Positions 17,727 through 31,445 are shown, counted from the first letter of the stretch. The stretch is DNA of 32,000 nucleotides from Caedibacter taeniospiralis (GCF_002803295.2 NZ_PGGB02000008.1:54797-86796); one strand, 5' to 3'. A program made the numbers and translations. Notes: a model not told the origin generated them from the sequence alone.

Positions 17727-20700
17727 TTATTCCTCGTAATCGTCATCATCTTCATGCTTTTTAGTTTCATCAAGATCTTCTTCGCCAGTTACAAAGAAAT
17801 CTTCAAGATCAACACTGTTTTCTTCATCATCAGCATTCAGAGCCGCACTTAGTGCCATCTCTAACTCATCCATAGAAGGACCAGATTCTAAAGCCTGCTG
17901 TTCCTCAAGATGTTTGCGCTTACGTTCTTGATGATGTGCCAGCCCCGTGCCTGAAGGAATCAATCGTCCAATCAGAACGTTTTCTTTTAGACCACGTAAC
18001 TGATCTTCCTGACCACTTACTGATGCCTCCGTTAACACGCGAGTTGTTTCTTGGAACGAAGCCGCTGACAAAAACGACTCCGTCGATAATGAGGCTTTCG
18101 TAATACCTAATAAAATAGGCTCATAAATAGCTTCTAATTTACCTTCACCACGTAGCTTCTCATTTTCTTCCAGTACCTGCACTAATTCAACAGGCTCCCC
18201 GTCAACAAACTTACTATCACCCGTAGCAAGGATATTAACCTTACGCAACATCTGACGGGTGACTGTCTCGATGTGCTTGTCGTTAATGCCCACGCCTTGT
18301 AAACGGTAGACTTCTTGAATCTCATTGATAATATAATCCGCCAGTTCATGCACCCCTTTCAAACGCAGGATTTCATGCGGATCTAAAGGACCGTCGGAAA
18401 TAATTTCCCCTTTGGAAACGTGCTCACCCTCAAATACGTTAATATGACGCCATTTAGGGATCATAATTTCGATTGGTTCGACCTCTTCTGGCGAAATGAT
18501 TAAACGGCGCTTGCCCTTTGTCTCTTTACCGAAACTCACAACGCCCGAAACCTCTGCCATAATTGCCGCATCCTTTGGACGACGCGCCTCAAAAAGATCA
18601 GCCACACGCGGAAGCCCCCCAGTAATATCCTTATTCTTAGAGCCTTCCTGAGGAATACGCGCAATAACGTCACCGACTTCAATCTTGGTGCCATTTTCGA
18701 TATTTAAAATCGCACCAATCGGCATAAAGTAACTAGCGGGAATATTCGTATTCGGGAAACAAAGCTCCTCGCCAACTTCGTCAATCAAGCGCACAAGCGG
18801 TTTAATATCTCTATTACCACTTTTTTGCGAATCTGAAATAATCACAACACTGGAAAGACCAGTCATCTCATCTGCCTGGTGCTTCATGGTCACACCATCA
18901 ATAAAGTCTACGAAGTTAATATGCCCTGAAACCTCCGCAATGACTGGATGCGTATGCGGATCCCATGTTGCAACAACAGCTCCAGCTTTGACCTGGGTGT
19001 TGTCATTTACAGGTAATTCAGCACCATAAGGCACCTTATACTTCTCACGCTCACGTCCAAATTTATCAATAATGCTAATTTCACCCGAGCGCGAAACAAC
19101 AACGTGGTTGCCTTCACGATTTTTAACCGTCTTAATATTATTAAACTTAATACGTCCACCATTTTTGATTTGAACGTTATTTTCCACTTTATCCTGCGAT
19201 GCAGCTCCTCCAATATGGAAGGTGCGCATTGTCAATTGTGTTCCTGGCTCACCAATGGATTGTGCCGCAACGACACCAACGGATTCCCCCATATTGACTA
19301 AGTGACCACGCGCCAAATCACGCCCATAGCATTTAGCACATAAACCACGACGAGTTTCACAGGTAATGGCGGAGCGAATGACCACCTGATCAACCCCATG
19401 TTGCTCAATCAACTCAACCATTTTTTCATCAAGCAGGGTGCCCGCTTCAACCAGGATTCCATCCTCACCTGGCTTATAAATATCTTCTGCATTGACACGC
19501 CCTAATAGACGTTCGCCAAGCGGAACAACTACATCGCCCCCTTCAATAAGCGCTGACACCGTCAAGCCTTTTTGTGTGCCACAGTCCTCTTCAATAATAA
19601 CGAGATCCTGTGCCACATCGACTAAACGACGAGTCAAATAGCCTGAGTTTGCTGTCTTTAATGCCGTATCAGCAAGCCCCTTACGCGCACCATGTGTGGA
19701 GGTAAAGTATTGCAATACCGATAGACCTTCACGGAAGTTTGCGGTAATAGGGGTTTCAATAATTGAACCATCGGGCTTAGCCATGAGACCTCTCATCCCA
19801 GCCAACTGTCTGATCTGGGCGGCTGATCCTCTGGCCCCTGAATCAGCCATCATATATACAGAGTTAAAGGACTCCTGCTCAATTTCATTACCTTCTTTAT
19901 CAGCCACTTTTTCTTTTGCAATCACTTCCATCATTGATTTGGCGACTTTTTCATTCGCGCGCGACCATATGTCAATGACTTTGTTATAACGCTCACCTGC
20001 AGTCACAAGACCACTTGAGTACTGTGCGGAAATCTCTTTTACCTGTGCTTCGGCTTCTGCCAATATTCCTTCTTTAGCATCAGGAATGATCATATCGTTG
20101 ATCCCAATCGAAATACCAGACTTCGTAGAGTACTTATATCCCGCATACATCAACTGATCCGCAAAAATAACCGTCGCCTTAGTACCCAGACGACGATAGC
20201 ACTGATCAATAATTTTACCCACTGTTTTCTTTGTCAGTGGTTGGTTTATCAATGAAAATGGCAAGCCCTTTGGCAAAATACTTGATAACAAAGCACGTCC
20301 TACTGTTGTTTCAATAATACCCTTTTCCTCAACATACTCACCTGACTCCAGCAACACTTTATGATCTAAGCGTACTTTAATTTTTGCATGAATATCAACA
20401 ACCCCTGCATCATACGCACGTTGTACGTGCAATAAATCCGCAAATAACTTGCCTTCGCCTTTCGAGCTAACTTTTTCACGTGTGGCATAGTAAAGACCCA
20501 ATACGATATCCTGTGTTGGGGCGATGACTGGCGTACCACTTGCAGGAGACAGGATATTGTTTGTTGACATCATCAGGACTCGTGCTTCAAGCTGTGCTTC
20601 GATGGTTAGCGGCACATGAACTGCCATCTGATCCCCATCAAAGTCCGCGTTAAATGCAGTACACACCAGTGGATGCAATTGAATCGCTTTGCCCTCGATC

Positions 20701-22022
20701 AGAGTCGGCTCAAACGCCTGAATCCCCAATCTATGCAAGGTTGGCGCACGGTTAAGAAGTACTGGATGCTCGCGAATCACTTCTTCCAGAATATCCCACA
20801 CGACAGCTTCTTCGCGCTCAACCATTTTCTTGGCAGCTTTAATCGTAGTCGCATGCTCGTAATGCTCGAGTTTTGAATAAATAAATGGCTTAAATAATTC
20901 TAGTGCCATTTTCTTGGGCAAACCACATTGGTGTAAACGCAAAGTGGGACCCACAGTAATGACTGAGCGCCCTGAATAGTCAACACGCTTACCTAAAAGG
21001 TTCTGACGGAAACGCCCCTGCTTACCTTTAATCATGTCTGCAAGCGACTTCAGTGCGCGCTTATTAGAACCCGTCACCGCACGCCCACGGCGTCCATTAT
21101 CCAGTAGCGCATCAACTGATTCCTGCAACATGCGTTTTTCGTTGCGCACAATAATATCTGGAGCACTAAGCTCTAAAAGGCGTTTTAAACGATTATTGCG
21201 ATTGATCACACGACGGTATAAATCATTTAAATCAGACGTTGCAAAACGTCCACCATCCAAGGGGACCAATGGTCGCAAATCAGGTGGCAAGACAGGCAAA
21301 ACGGTCATGATCATCCACTCAGGTTTATTGCCTGACTCACGAAATGACTCTAGCAATTTCAAACGCTTCGTTAGCTTTTTGAGCTTTGTTTCCGAGTTAG
21401 TCGTCGGAATTTCTTCGCGAATGATTTCAATTTCGTGATTAAGATCCGTATCCATTAAAAGCTTTTGAATAGCCTCAGCACCCATTTGCGCCTCAAACTC
21501 ATCACCATACTCTTCCAGGGCATCAAGATAAGTTTCTTCGTTCAATAGCTGTCCTTTTTCAAAAGGTGTCATGCCTGAATCGGTTACTGCATAAGCTTCA
21601 AAATATAAAATGCGTTCGATATCACGCAATGTCATATCTAACAACAATCCAATACGTGATGGCAGGGATTTTAAATACCAGATATGTGCCACAGGACAGG
21701 CAAGATCGATATGCCCCATGCGCTCCCGACGCACACGGGCCTGAGTAACTTCGACACCACACTTCTCGCAGATGATTCCACGATGCTTCAAACGCTTATA
21801 TTTGCCGCAAAGGCATTCATAATCCTTGATCGGACCAAAAATTTTTGCACAAAACAAGCCATCGCGCTCGGGTTTAAAAGTGCGATAGTTGATAGTTTCT
21901 GGCTTTTTAACCTCACCATAAGACCATGAGTGAATCATTTCAGGTGAAGCAAGACCAACACGGATGCGGTCAAATTCTGAATCTTTACCTTGCTGTTTCA
22001 TACCGCCTAGTAAATTTTTCAA
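17727..22022 (-). CDS. rpoC: DNA-directed RNA polymerase subunit beta'
   Basis: 1431 aa; [12 protein letters not shown] catalytic motif, zinc-binding [23 protein letters not shown]. Confidence 0.99.
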   Translation of the reverse strand: MKNLLGGMKQQGKDSEFDRIRVGLASPEMIHSWSYGEVKKPETINYRTFKPERDGLFCAKIFGPIKDYECLCGKYKRLKHRGIICEKCGVEVTQARVRRERMGHIDLACPVAHIWYLKSLPSRIGLLLDMTLRDIERILYFEAYAVTDSGMTPFEKGQLLNEETYLDALEEYGDEFEAQMGAEAIQKLLMDTDLNHEIEIIREEIPTTNSETKLKKLTKRLKLLESFRESGNKPEWMIMTVLPVLPPDLRPLVPLDGGRFATSDLNDLYRRVINRNNRLKRLLELSAPDIIVRNEKRMLQESVDALLDNGRRGRAVTGSNKRALKSLADMIKGKQGRFRQNLLGKRVDYSGRSVITVGPTLRLHQCGLPKKMALELFKPFIYSKLEHYEHATTIKAAKKMVEREEAVVWDILEEVIREHPVLLNRAPTLHRLGIQAFEPTLIEGKAIQLHPLVCTAFNADFDGDQMAVHVPLTIEAQLEARVLMMSTNNILSPASGTPVIAPTQDIVLGLYYATREKVSSKGEGKLFADLLHVQRAYDAGVVDIHAKIKVRLDHKVLLESGEYVEEKGIIETTVGRALLSSILPKGLPFSLINQPLTKKTVGKIIDQCYRRLGTKATVIFADQLMYAGYKYSTKSGISIGINDMIIPDAKEGILAEAEAQVKEISAQYSSGLVTAGERYNKVIDIWSRANEKVAKSMMEVIAKEKVADKEGNEIEQESFNSVYMMADSGARGSAAQIRQLAGMRGLMAKPDGSIIETPITANFREGLSVLQYFTSTHGARKGLADTALKTANSGYLTRRLVDVAQDLVIIEEDCGTQKGLTVSALIEGGDVVVPLGERLLGRVNAEDIYKPGEDGILVEAGTLLDEKMVELIEQHGVDQVVIRSAITCETRRGLCAKCYGRDLARGHLVNMGESVGVVAAQSIGEPGTQLTMRTFHIGGAASQDKVENNVQIKNGGRIKFNNIKTVKNREGNHVVVSRSGEISIIDKFGREREKYKVPYGAELPVNDNTQVKAGAVVATWDPHTHPVIAEVSGHINFVDFIDGVTMKHQADEMTGLSSVVIISDSQKSGNRDIKPLVRLIDEVGEELCFPNTNIPASYFMPIGAILNIENGTKIEVGDVIARIPQEGSKNKDITGGLPRVADLFEARRPKDAAIMAEVSGVVSFGKETKGKRRLIISPEEVEPIEIMIPKWRHINVFEGEHVSKGEIISDGPLDPHEILRLKGVHELADYIINEIQEVYRLQGVGINDKHIETVTRQMLRKVNILATGDSKFVDGEPVELVQVLEENEKLRGEGKLEAIYEPILLGITKASLSTESFLSAASFQETTRVLTEASVSGQEDQLRGLKENVLIGRLIPSGTGLAHHQERKRKHLEEQQALESGPSMDELEMALSAALNADDEENSVDLEDFFVTGEEDLDETKKHEDDDDYEE

Positions 22023-22109
22023 GGCTCTACTCCTATTTTTGCAAAGTTTTTAATCAATAAGCTACGCGCATAAGCTCGTAGCTGGTTTATCACTACAACT
22101 CAAGTAAGG

Positions 22110-25100
22110 CTAATTTTCTAAATCAGACTCAAGATCAATATCAATACCCAAAGCACGCACTTCTTTCATTAATACATTGAACGACTCAGGCAGACTTGCA
22201 TCCATTCTGAAGTTGCCATCTACAATGTTCTTATACATTCTGGTACGACCGTTGACGTCATCTGACTTAACCGTCAGCATCTCACGAAGGGTATATGCAG
22301 CACCATAAGCCTGCAGTGCCCAGACTTCCATCTCACCAAATCGTTGACCGCCAAATTGAGCTTTACCGCCCAATGGCTGCTGTGTGACCAAACTATAAGA
22401 ACCCGTCGAACGTGCGTGCATCTTATCATCCACCAGATGGTCAAGTTTAAGCATATACATATAGCCTACGGTTACCTGGCGATCAAATGGCAAACCTGTA
22501 CGACCATCATAAAGCTGAGCCTGCCCACTTTCGTTTAAGCCACAAAGCTTTAACAGATCTTTGATGTCTTTTTCTTTTGCACCATCAAATACGGGAGTCG
22601 CTATCGGCACCCCTGCTTTTAGGTTATATGCCATCTCAATAATCTGATCATCATCCAACTGGGCTAGATCCAGCTTTTTATTGCCTATTGTGTTATAAAC
22701 TTCTTCCAGAGTCCTGCGAATATCTCGCGCTTTCTGACTAGCTTCTAAGGCATCAGTAATCTTGTGCCCTAAGGCTCTTGCTGCCATTCCCATATGTGTC
22801 TCCAACACCTGACCGATGTTCATACGCGAAGGAACCCCCAGCGGGTTTAACACGATATCCATTGGTGTACCATCTTCCAGATAAGGCATATCCTCAATTG
22901 GCAGAATGCGAGAAACCACCCCTTTATTTCCGTGGCGACCGGCCATCTTATCCCCTGGCTGAATTCGACGCTTAACCGCAACAAACACTTTGACGATCTT
23001 AAGCACCCCTGGAGACAAATCATCGCCTTGCACAATTTTTTTGCGTTTTGCTTCAAATTTGGCTTCAAAGTTTTTACGCGCCTGCTCGATCTGTGCTTTA
23101 CACCGAGTAATAACTTCCATCGTTGATTCATCTTCAACACGAATATCCAGCCATTGAATCAATTCAAGATTTTTTAAATAATCTTTTGTGATTTCCTGTC
23201 CGCGCTTTAAGCCACCAGGACATGCTACCGCTTTCTTGCCACTTAACTCTTGTAGCAAATATGAACGAACAGCACCTTCAACAATGCGGTATTCATCGCG
23301 CAAGTCTTTACGTATACGTGCTAATTCAGCTTTTTCAATTTCAACTGAACGCTGGTCTTTCTCTAAGCCATCACGAGTGAAGACCTGTACATTAATCACT
23401 GTACCGTACATACCCGTTGGCATACGCAAAGAACTATCTTTAACATCCGATGCTTTTTCGCCAAATATGGCACGCAAAAGTTTTTCTTCAGGTGTCAGCT
23501 GTTGCTCGGCTTTTGGTGTAATTTTTGCCACCAGAATATCGCCTGGCACAACATTGGCACCAATATGAACTATCCCTGCTTCATCCAGTTTGTTGAGAGC
23601 TTGTTCACTAACATTGGGGATGTCCGCGGTAATCTCTTCCGCACCTAACTTGGTATCACGCGCAATACAGGTCAACTCCTCGATGTGAATAGAGGTATAA
23701 CGGTCATCTTCAACGATGCGTTCAGATAATAAAATAGAATCCTCAAAGTTAAAGCCATTCCACGGCATAAACGCTACTAAAAGGTTTTGCCCAAGCGCCA
23801 ACTCTGCCATATCAGTTGATGAGCCATCTGCAAGCACATCACCTTTTACAATCACATCGCCTGGACGCACGATTGGGCGTTGATTAATACAGGTGTTTTT
23901 GTTAGAACGTCGGAACTTCGTTAAGTTGTAAATATCAACAACGGAATCCCCTTCACCGATTTCATCATTATCAACGCACACGACAATACGCCCGCCATCA
24001 ACCGCATCAACAACGCCTGAACGTTTTGCCACAATACATGTCCCTGAGTCACGCGCAACGATACGCTCCATCCCAGTACCGACAAGGGGCTTTTCCGCTC
24101 TTAAAGTTGGCACCGCCTGACGTTGCATATTTGAACCCATTAATGCACGGTTTGCATCATCATGCTCCAAAAATGGAATGAGTGCCGCAGCAACGGACAC
24201 CATCTGCTTAGCAGAAACATCCATATACTGCACTTGGTCTGCACTCGTGAAAATCGTCTCCCCTTTCGAGCGACACTGAATTAACTCATCCGTTAAACGT
24301 CCTTTGTCATCCATCGAGGCAGAGGCCTGTGCAATCACATAATTGCTCTCATCAATCGCTGATAAATATTCAATCTGATCAGTTGCTGCACCGTTAATTA
24401 CCTTACGATATGGCGCTTCTAAGAAACCATAGTGATTGGTCCGCGCATAACATGCTAAAGAGTTGATCAAACCAATGTTTGGACCTTCAGGCGTTTCAAT
24501 CGGACACAAACGACCATAATGTGTCGTATGCACGTCACGCACCTCAAAACCTGCGCGATCCCTGGATAAACCACCTGGACCCAAGGCTGAAATACGACGC
24601 TTATGCGTCACTTCTGATAAGGGGTTATCCTGATCCATAAATTGCGATAAAGCCCCCGAACCAAAGAATTCTTTGATTGCGGCAGTAATTGGCTTTGCGT
24701 TGACCAGATCTTGTGGCATCGCACTCTCGCGATCCACCAATGACAAACGTTCACGTACTGATCTTTCAACGCGCACCAAGCCAATTCTAAACTGGTTTTC
24801 TGTCATTTCACCTACGGCACGGATGCGTCGATTGCCTAAGTGATCTATATCATCCACTTCTCCCCGACCATCTCTAATATCAATCAGTGTTTTGACAACA
24901 TCGATGATGTCTTCCTTAGTCAGTACATTTATGCCTTTATCTGATTTACGCCCCAAACGATTATTAAATTTCATTCGACCAACGGCTGAAAGATCATAGC
25001 GATCTTCAGAGAAAAACAAACCCTGGAATAAATTTTCAGCTGAGTCTTTTGTTGGCGGCTCACCTGGTCGCATCATACGATAGATCTCAACCAAAGCCTC

Positions 25101-26201
25101 ATCACGATCACGACACACATCGTTACGCAAAGTGTCGGCGATATAAGCACCACGATCCAGATCATTGGTGTTTAATGTCTGGAATTTACTGATGCCACGA
25201 TCAGAAAGCTTTTCTAACAGCACAGGCGTAATTTCTTCATTTGCCGCCGCAAGTATCTCGCCTGAAGTCTCATCCACAACGCGAGAATACAACACTTTAC
25301 CCATGACATAAGAGACAGGAACTTCCATCTGGTTCAAACCTTGCTCTTTCATAAGTTTTGTATGTCTTGCAGTAATGCGCTTACCTTCAGCTACGAGCAC
25401 CTTGCCATCTTTATCCAAAACGTCAAACGATGCTGTAGACCCCTTTAACGAATCAGGCTCAAAGGTCATCAGTAGTGAACCATTGTCCACTTCAAAATTA
25501 ACTGGTTCATAAAAAAGCTTAAGTAATTCATCGCTGGTATAACCCAACGCCTTTAGTAAAACAGTCGCAGGTAATTTACGACGTCTGTCTATACGCACAT
25601 AAAGCAAGTCTTTTGGATCAAACTCAAAATCCAACCACGAACCACGGTAAGGAATGACACGCGCCGAATGTAATATTTTACCTGAGGAATGCGTTTTACC
25701 TTTGTCATGATCAAAGAAAACACCAGGTGAACGATGAAGCTGTGAAACAACCACCCGCTCAGTACCATTAATCACAAAGGTACCATTCTCAGTCATCAGC
25801 GGAATTTCACCCATGTAGACCTCTTGCTCACGCACATCCTTAACCACTTTATCATCTACTGGCGCGTCTTTGTCATACACAACCAACCTAAGTTTCACAC
25901 GCAAAGGAGCAGCATAGGTTACCCCTCGAATACCACATTCATTTTCATCAAAAACAGGCTCACCCAAGCGATAGCTTACGTAGTGCAGCTCGGAATACCC
26001 TGAGACACTTACAATAGGAAGAACAGACTTAAACGCAGCCTCTAAACCAATATTCTTGCGGCTTTGCGGCTTAACATCTTGTTGCAAAAATTCTTTGTAT
26101 GAATTCACTTGAACAGCAAGCAAATATGGGACATCGAGAATATTAGGAAGGTTCCCAAATTCTTTACGGATTCTTTTTTTCTCAGCGTATGAGTACGACA
26201 T
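22110..26201 (-). CDS. rpoB: DNA-directed RNA polymerase subunit beta
   Basis: 1363 aa; [68 protein letters not shown]. Confidence 0.99.
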   Translation of the reverse strand: MSYSYAEKKRIRKEFGNLPNILDVPYLLAVQVNSYKEFLQQDVKPQSRKNIGLEAAFKSVLPIVSVSGYSELHYVSYRLGEPVFDENECGIRGVTYAAPLRVKLRLVVYDKDAPVDDKVVKDVREQEVYMGEIPLMTENGTFVINGTERVVVSQLHRSPGVFFDHDKGKTHSSGKILHSARVIPYRGSWLDFEFDPKDLLYVRIDRRRKLPATVLLKALGYTSDELLKLFYEPVNFEVDNGSLLMTFEPDSLKGSTASFDVLDKDGKVLVAEGKRITARHTKLMKEQGLNQMEVPVSYVMGKVLYSRVVDETSGEILAAANEEITPVLLEKLSDRGISKFQTLNTNDLDRGAYIADTLRNDVCRDRDEALVEIYRMMRPGEPPTKDSAENLFQGLFFSEDRYDLSAVGRMKFNNRLGRKSDKGINVLTKEDIIDVVKTLIDIRDGRGEVDDIDHLGNRRIRAVGEMTENQFRIGLVRVERSVRERLSLVDRESAMPQDLVNAKPITAAIKEFFGSGALSQFMDQDNPLSEVTHKRRISALGPGGLSRDRAGFEVRDVHTTHYGRLCPIETPEGPNIGLINSLACYARTNHYGFLEAPYRKVINGAATDQIEYLSAIDESNYVIAQASASMDDKGRLTDELIQCRSKGETIFTSADQVQYMDVSAKQMVSVAAALIPFLEHDDANRALMGSNMQRQAVPTLRAEKPLVGTGMERIVARDSGTCIVAKRSGVVDAVDGGRIVVCVDNDEIGEGDSVVDIYNLTKFRRSNKNTCINQRPIVRPGDVIVKGDVLADGSSTDMAELALGQNLLVAFMPWNGFNFEDSILLSERIVEDDRYTSIHIEELTCIARDTKLGAEEITADIPNVSEQALNKLDEAGIVHIGANVVPGDILVAKITPKAEQQLTPEEKLLRAIFGEKASDVKDSSLRMPTGMYGTVINVQVFTRDGLEKDQRSVEIEKAELARIRKDLRDEYRIVEGAVRSYLLQELSGKKAVACPGGLKRGQEITKDYLKNLELIQWLDIRVEDESTMEVITRCKAQIEQARKNFEAKFEAKRKKIVQGDDLSPGVLKIVKVFVAVKRRIQPGDKMAGRHGNKGVVSRILPIEDMPYLEDGTPMDIVLNPLGVPSRMNIGQVLETHMGMAARALGHKITDALEASQKARDIRRTLEEVYNTIGNKKLDLAQLDDDQIIEMAYNLKAGVPIATPVFDGAKEKDIKDLLKLCGLNESGQAQLYDGRTGLPFDRQVTVGYMYMLKLDHLVDDKMHARSTGSYSLVTQQPLGGKAQFGGQRFGEMEVWALQAYGAAYTLREMLTVKSDDVNGRTRMYKNIVDGNFRMDASLPESFNVLMKEVRALGIDIDLESDLEN

Positions 26202-26317
26202 CAGGCAATTCCTCTGACTACATTCGTTTTGAACACTAAATCATGCCAAAAGTTCGGAAAACTTTATTCATCTGCGATTACAGACACGTTTACAAATACC
26301 ATTTATTAGATAGCAGA

Positions 26318-26350
26318 AAAGGCTAACAGGTAAAACCCCTGTTAGCCTTT
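26318..26350 (-). terminator. Perfect 13-bp stem-loop between rplL and rpoB (attenuator, terminator or RNA-processing hairpin)
   Basis: Minus-strand transcript AAAGGCTAACAGG-GGTTTTA-CCTGTTAGCCTTTTC: 13-bp stem, 7-nt loop, only a short U run after it. Confidence 0.6.
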
Positions 26351-26377
26351 ACTTTTTAACTCAAAATAATCGTTTGA

Positions 26378-26752
26378 TTACTTAAGCTCAACCTTAGCAC
26401 CAGCCTCTTCAAGCTGTTTCTTAAGTGCTTCAGCATCAGCCTTTGAAGCCCCTTCTTTAATAGTGAAAGGAACGCCTTCAACAGCGTCTTTTGCTTCTTT
26501 AAGACCTAATCCAGTTGCTGCGCGAACTCCCTTAATCGCACCAACTTTATTAGCACCTGCATCAACTAAAACAACGTCAAATTCGGTTTTCTCTTCAACC
26601 GCGGCGGCTTCACCTGCAGCAGGTGCTGCAACGGCAACTGCAGCCTGTGCAGAAACACCAAATTTTTCTTCCATCATTTTAACCAGATCACAAACATCCA
26701 TCACGCTCATTTCAGCAACTGCATTCAGAATGTCTTGTTTAGTAATAGCCAT
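26378..26752 (-). CDS. rplL: 50S ribosomal protein L7/L12
   Basis: Alanine-rich hinge, [33 protein letters not shown]. Confidence 0.98.
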   Translation of the reverse strand: MAITKQDILNAVAEMSVMDVCDLVKMMEEKFGVSAQAAVAVAAPAAGEAAAVEEKTEFDVVLVDAGANKVGAIKGVRAATGLGLKEAKDAVEGVPFTIKEGASKADAEALKKQLEEAGAKVELK

Positions 26753-26795
26753 TATATACTCCTATTAAATAATTTATTTCAAAAACGAAAAGTGG

Positions 26796-27314
26796 TTATT
26801 TTGCATCACCAACAGCAGCAAACACACGCACAGCCCGAGCTGGAATTTCATTGAGCGTACGCACAAACTTGGCAACAGGTGCTTGCAATACATTACACAA
26901 CGTAGCAAGTGCATCATTTCTGCTTGGAAGCTTAGACATTTCTTCTAACTTATCAGCACCAAACAATTTACCGCTCATCGCTAAGTTCTTCACTTCAAAA
27001 GCTTTATTATCTTTCATAAAACCTTTGAACAATTTAGCAGCCGCACCTGGCTCTTCTTTCGAGAAAGCCAGCACCAAAGGACCAACAAGCGCATCACTCA
27101 TACACTCAAACTCAGTCCCTTTCATTGCGATTCTTGCTAAGTTGTTGCGAACAACTTTCAAGTACACACCTGACTCACGAGCCTGCTTACGTAAATCACT
27201 CATTTGATTCACAGTCAAACCACGGTAATCAGCTACCGCTGCAGACAATGCCAAGGATGCCTGTTCGGCAACTTCTGCCACAATCGCTTTTTTATCTTCA
27301 AGCTTTAGCGCCAT
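26796..27314 (-). CDS. rplJ: 50S ribosomal protein L10
   Basis: KKAIVAEVAEQASLALSAAVADYRGLTVNQMSDLRKQAR; placed between rplA and rplL. Confidence 0.97.
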   Translation of the reverse strand: MALKLEDKKAIVAEVAEQASLALSAAVADYRGLTVNQMSDLRKQARESGVYLKVVRNNLARIAMKGTEFECMSDALVGPLVLAFSKEEPGAAAKLFKGFMKDNKAFEVKNLAMSGKLFGADKLEEMSKLPSRNDALATLCNVLQAPVAKFVRTLNEIPARAVRVFAAVGDAK

Positions 27315-27329
27315 TAGCTAATCCTCTTG

Positions 27330-27500
27330 TTTTTGTCTACGTTACTATTTAATACGATGTTTGAAACCAAATAAAAATTTACTCTTTTAAGGTCACTCTC
27401 ACCGTCTGCGTAGGAAATTAAGCAACCTTGCGATCACACCTACGGTCTTTGACATCGCTCACCCAACACAGCGCCAGGCAGCGACCCAAAGAAACTTATT
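27330..27500 (-). promoter_or_regulatory. Probable L10 (rplJ) mRNA leader region (approximate bounds)
   Basis: 243-nt rplA-rplJ spacer containing 'AGACCGTAGGTGTGATCGCAAGGTTGCTTAATTTCC', in the conserved location of the L10 autoregulatory leader. Structure not computed. Confidence 0.5.
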
Positions 27501-27557
27501 TAAACTCCCCTGGCACAAAGCCTTTGTGCATAAGGGATATGAAAAAGGCTCGCCATC

Positions 27558-28253
27558 TTAAACTTCAATTGTACTCATGTCAAGCATAACACCAGGACCC
27601 ATTGTGCTAGATACGGTAATTTTCTTTATATAAATACCCTTTGCATTGGATGGCCTAAGTTTTTTAAGATCTGCCAATAGCGTTTCCAGGTTTTGCTGCA
27701 AAGCAGCTGACTCAAAATCAACCTTGCCAATCGTTGTGTGAATGATACCCGCTTTATCAACACGGTAACGGACTTGACCAGCTTTTGCATTTCTTACTGC
27801 TTGCGCCACATCGGTAGCCACAGTACCTACTTTAGGGTTTGGCATCAAACCTTTAGGACCTAAGATCTGACCCAACTGCCCAACCACACGCATAGCATCA
27901 GGAGTAGCAATCACAACATCAAAATCCATATTGCCTTTTTTAACTTCCAGAGCTAAGTCATCCATTCCCACAATATCAGCACCCGCTTCAGTGGCCTTAA
28001 TCGCATTATCGCCCTGGGTAAACACTGCAACACGGACTACTTTACCCGTGCCGTTTGGTAACACAGAGGCACCGCGCACCACTTGATCTGATTTGCGCGG
28101 ATCAACACCTAAGTTGACCGCAACGTCAATGGATTCTTTGAACTTAACTTTTGATAGCTCTTTTAATAGATTAAATGCTTCAGTTGCAGAGTATGATTGT
28201 AATCTGCTGACTTTCTCGGACAAAGCCTTCATTCTTTTGGATACTTTAGCCAT
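27558..28253 (-). CDS. rplA: 50S ribosomal protein L1
   Basis: [26 protein letters not shown]; [20 protein letters not shown]. Confidence 0.98.
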   Translation of the reverse strand: MAKVSKRMKALSEKVSRLQSYSATEAFNLLKELSKVKFKESIDVAVNLGVDPRKSDQVVRGASVLPNGTGKVVRVAVFTQGDNAIKATEAGADIVGMDDLALEVKKGNMDFDVVIATPDAMRVVGQLGQILGPKGLMPNPKVGTVATDVAQAVRNAKAGQVRYRVDKAGIIHTTIGKVDFESAALQQNLETLLADLKKLRPSNAKGIYIKKITVSSTMGPGVMLDMSTIEV

Positions 28254-28687
28254 TATTCAACTCCCTCAACTTTAAGACCCATACTGCGCGCGGAGCCTGC
28301 GATTGTTCTTATGGCTGCATCCAAATCTGCCGCTGTTAAATCGGGTTCTTTTGCCTTAGCGATTTCTTCTAGCTGTTCACGATTCACCGTACCTGCAACT
28401 TCTTTTGAAGGTTTTGAACTACCAGACTTGATCTTGGCAGCCTTCTTCAACAAGAACGAAGCGGGTGGTGTTTTCATTGTAAAGGTGAAGCTTCTGTCGC
28501 TATAAACAGTGATCACAACAGGAACAGGAGATCCCTGTTCCATTTTTTGTGTCTGTGCATTAAACGCTTTACAGAACTCCATAATATTAACACCACGCTG
28601 ACCCAAGGCTGGACCAATCGGGGGACTAGGATTTGCCTGTCCAGCTTTCACTTGAAGCTTGATATAAGCTTGTACTTTCTTTGCCAT
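28253..28687 (-). CDS. rplK: 50S ribosomal protein L11
   Basis: [42 protein letters not shown]. Confidence 0.98.
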   Translation of the reverse strand: MAKKVQAYIKLQVKAGQANPSPPIGPALGQRGVNIMEFCKAFNAQTQKMEQGSPVPVVITVYSDRSFTFTMKTPPASFLLKKAAKIKSGSSKPSKEVAGTVNREQLEEIAKAKEPDLTAADLDAAIRTIAGSARSMGLKVEGVE

Positions 28688-28835
28688 TTTTTACTCCTAT
28701 TTTGGGTATAGCGCTATGTTTTTTATAGCTCCCCACAGTTAGCTTCGCCCAATCAATATGATCAGGCACCAAACCCCACTTGTTTAAACAAGGGGAAATC
28801 GTTCGCCTTTTGTACGGGCGAAAAATCTTTCACCC

Positions 28836-29456
28836 CTACGCATCTTTCTCCACTTGTGAGAACTCTAATTCAACAGGGGTTGAGCGTCCAAAAATAGACA
28901 CTGCAACGTGAACTCGCGACTTTTCATAGTTAATTTCTTCAACCACACCCGTGAAGTCTGCAAAAGGACCATTAAGCACACGAACAACCTGACCGACTTG
29001 GAAAGTTGTGCGTGGTTTTGGTGCTGTTTTTTCTGCGCCAGTTTCTAAAGAACCTAAAATTCTTTCTGCCTCAGCATTACTAATGGGCATAGGACGCTCA
29101 CTCGTACCGCCAACAAAACCACTGACTCGAGGTATGCGACGAACCAGCTGCCAGGCTGCCTCATCCATCTCCATTTGAATTAAAACATAACCAGGAAAAA
29201 ATTTGCGCTCACTTTTTCGCTTTTGCCCTGCTTTCATTTCAACGACTTCTTCAGTTGGAACTAATATTTTTCCAAAATATTGCTCCAAGCCTTCAAGCTT
29301 TATTTTTTCTTCTATTTGTGCCTTAACACGCTTTTCATATCCCGAATAAGCTTGAACGACATACCATCTTTTTTTTCCATCACCCTCAGTTTTCGCCAGA
29401 GAAGAATTGGCAGTTTCTGCATTCTTTTCACGCAAATCTTTTTCATCCGCAGACAT
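28836..29456 (-). CDS. nusG: Transcription termination/antitermination protein NusG
   Basis: [21 protein letters not shown]; [10 protein letters not shown]; KOW motif [24 protein letters not shown]. Confidence 0.97.
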   Translation of the reverse strand: MSADEKDLREKNAETANSSLAKTEGDGKKRWYVVQAYSGYEKRVKAQIEEKIKLEGLEQYFGKILVPTEEVVEMKAGQKRKSERKFFPGYVLIQMEMDEAAWQLVRRIPRVSGFVGGTSERPMPISNAEAERILGSLETGAEKTAPKPRTTFQVGQVVRVLNGPFADFTGVVEEINYEKSRVHVAVSIFGRSTPVELEFSQVEKDA

Positions 29457-29465
29457 AAAAAACCC

Positions 29466-29882
29466 TTAACTTAAAATTGCTTGAATAAGATACATAAATA
29501 GCAGCCCAACAAAATAAATAATGACTGAAGCCACTGCGACGATCGCTAATACAACCAGTGTTGAGTTAATCGTTTCTTGTCTCGTGGGCCATACAACCTT
29601 ACGCATTTCCAGCCTTGCTTCTAATAGAAATTGCCAGCCCTTAGCTCCCTGATTTGTCTGCTTAGCAAGCACCAACAGCACAACCAATCCAACAATAATC
29701 AGCACCGCCATTAATGCAGATGACTGAGTAAACAGCGAGAAATACATACTCGAAAAAACAACAAGTACTGCGATTACCAGCATAAGCAGCCACAGCAACT
29801 TATTAGCGCTAGTCGCTATCTCGCGCGCATCAGCTTTTTTTGTTGTGGTTGTCCACACTTTTTTGGTTACTGAATCTTTCAT
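29466..29882 (-). CDS. secE: Preprotein translocase subunit SecE
   Basis: Three TM segments and the conserved FLLEARLEMRKVVWPTRQETINSTLVV motif; upstream of nusG. Confidence 0.95.
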   Translation of the reverse strand: MKDSVTKKVWTTTTKKADAREIATSANKLLWLLMLVIAVLVVFSSMYFSLFTQSSALMAVLIIVGLVVLLVLAKQTNQGAKGWQFLLEARLEMRKVVWPTRQETINSTLVVLAIVAVASVIIYFVGLLFMYLIQAILS

Positions 29883-29962
29883 TCAAAGCCTCATCTTTCA
29901 ATACAAACAAAAACGGCGTGCAATCCTAACACAGATCAACACGCCGTTCAAGCCAATTTATT

Positions 29963-30038
29963 TGGCAGGCCAGGAGGGACTCGAACCCCCAACTTGCGGT
30001 TTTGGAGACCGCTGCTCTACCAATTGAACTACTGGCCT
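29963..30038 (-). tRNA. tRNA-Trp (CCA anticodon), 3' CCA encoded
   Basis: Reverse complement AGGCCAGTAGTTCAATTGGTAGAGCAGCGGTCTCCAAAACCGCAAGTTGGGGGTTCGAGTCCCTCCTGGCCTGCCA folds as a cloverleaf. Confidence 0.95.
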
Positions 30039-30065
30039 ACAAAACTCATCAAGTTGTTATCGACA

Positions 30066-31250
30066 TTAAGCAAGGATCTTAGCCACAACACCAGCACCGA
30101 CCGTGCGACCGCCTTCACGAATCGCAAAACGTAAACCTTCCTCCATCGCGATAGAGTTGATCAATGTCACAACCATCTTAATGTTATCGCCAGGCATTAC
30201 CATTTCAACACCTTCAGGCAATTCACAAGACCCAGTTACGTCAGTTGTACGGAAGTAGAATTGCGGTCTGTAACCTTTAAAGAAAGGAGTATGACGACCA
30301 CCTTCTTCTTTAGACAACACATAAACCTCCGCTTCAAACTTAGTATGAGGAGTGATTGAACCTGGCTTACAAAGAACTTGACCACGCTCAACATCATCAC
30401 GCTTAAGACCGCGCACAAGGATACCAACGTTTTCACCCGCTTTACCTTCATCAAGAAGCTTACGGAACATCTCAACTCCAGTAACGGTTGTTGTTTGTGT
30501 TGGTTTAATACCAACCACTTCAACTGAGTCACCAACTTTGATAATACCGCGCTCAATACGACCAGTCACGACTGTACCACGACCAGAGATAGAGAATACA
30601 TCTTCGATTGGCAACAAGAAAGGCTTGTCAGTTTCACGTTGTGGTTCAGGAATGTATTCATCAAGCGTTTTACCTAACTCAAGAATCGCATCAACCCACT
30701 TCTTCTCACCTGCCAAGGCGCCGGTAGCGGAACCTTTGATAATTGGAGTATCGTCACCAGGGAATTCATACTGATCTAGAAGTTCACGAACTTCCATTTC
30801 CACCAACTCTAACAATTCTTCATCGTCTACCATATCGCACTTGTTCAAGAAAACAACGATATATGGAACGCCTACCTGACGTGACAACAAGATATGCTCA
30901 CGCGTTTGCGGCATAGGACCATCGGCAGCAGAGCATACAAGGATTGCACCATCCATCTGAGCCGCACCCGTGATCATGTTTTTAACATAATCCGCATGCC
31001 CTGGACAGTCAACGTGCGCATAGTGACGCGCAGGAGTTTCATATTCAACATGCGAAGTTGAAATGGTAATACCACGCGCTTTTTCTTCTGGTGCATTATC
31101 AATCTCATCAAACGCTTTTGCCTGTCCGCCATATGCGTCAGCCAGCACCTTAGTGATTGCAGCGGTCAACGTCGTTTTCCCATGGTCAACATGACCAATT
31201 GTACCAACGTTTACGTGCGGCTTTTTACGTTCATATTTTTCTTTAGCCAT
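30066..31250 (-). CDS. tuf: Elongation factor Tu
   Basis: [33 protein letters not shown]; DCPGHADY; NKCDM. The listed ORF extends to 31262, but MAKEKYERK at 31250 is the canonical start. Confidence 0.98.
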   Translation of the reverse strand: MAKEKYERKKPHVNVGTIGHVDHGKTTLTAAITKVLADAYGGQAKAFDEIDNAPEEKARGITISTSHVEYETPARHYAHVDCPGHADYVKNMITGAAQMDGAILVCSAADGPMPQTREHILLSRQVGVPYIVVFLNKCDMVDDEELLELVEMEVRELLDQYEFPGDDTPIIKGSATGALAGEKKWVDAILELGKTLDEYIPEPQRETDKPFLLPIEDVFSISGRGTVVTGRIERGIIKVGDSVEVVGIKPTQTTTVTGVEMFRKLLDEGKAGENVGILVRGLKRDDVERGQVLCKPGSITPHTKFEAEVYVLSKEEGGRHTPFFKGYRPQFYFRTTDVTGSCELPEGVEMVMPGDNIKMVVTLINSIAMEEGLRFAIREGGRTVGAGVVAKILA

Positions 31251-31284
31251 TATTTGCTCCAAAGTTTTATTAATAAACTCAACA

Positions 31285-31360
<76 letters not shown>

Positions 31361-31445
31361 TTCAATTATTTCTCATAAAATCAATACTTTTAATTCACTA
31401 AAGTACACTTAACTTAAATAAATCACTTATTTATAGATCCCTTTA

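Noticed and set aside
19007-25800. Antisense or alternate-frame ORFs inside rpoC and rpoB
   Set aside because: They are fully contained in highly conserved essential genes and show low-complexity translations and no upstream signals.
29845-30027. 60-aa plus-strand ORF ending AGQEGLEPPTCGFGDRCSTN
   Set aside because: It is antisense to tRNA-Trp and the secE 5' end, a classic spurious tRNA-derived ORF.
30236-30556. 106-aa minus-strand ORF inside tuf
   Set aside because: It is an alternate frame of the highly conserved EF-Tu gene.
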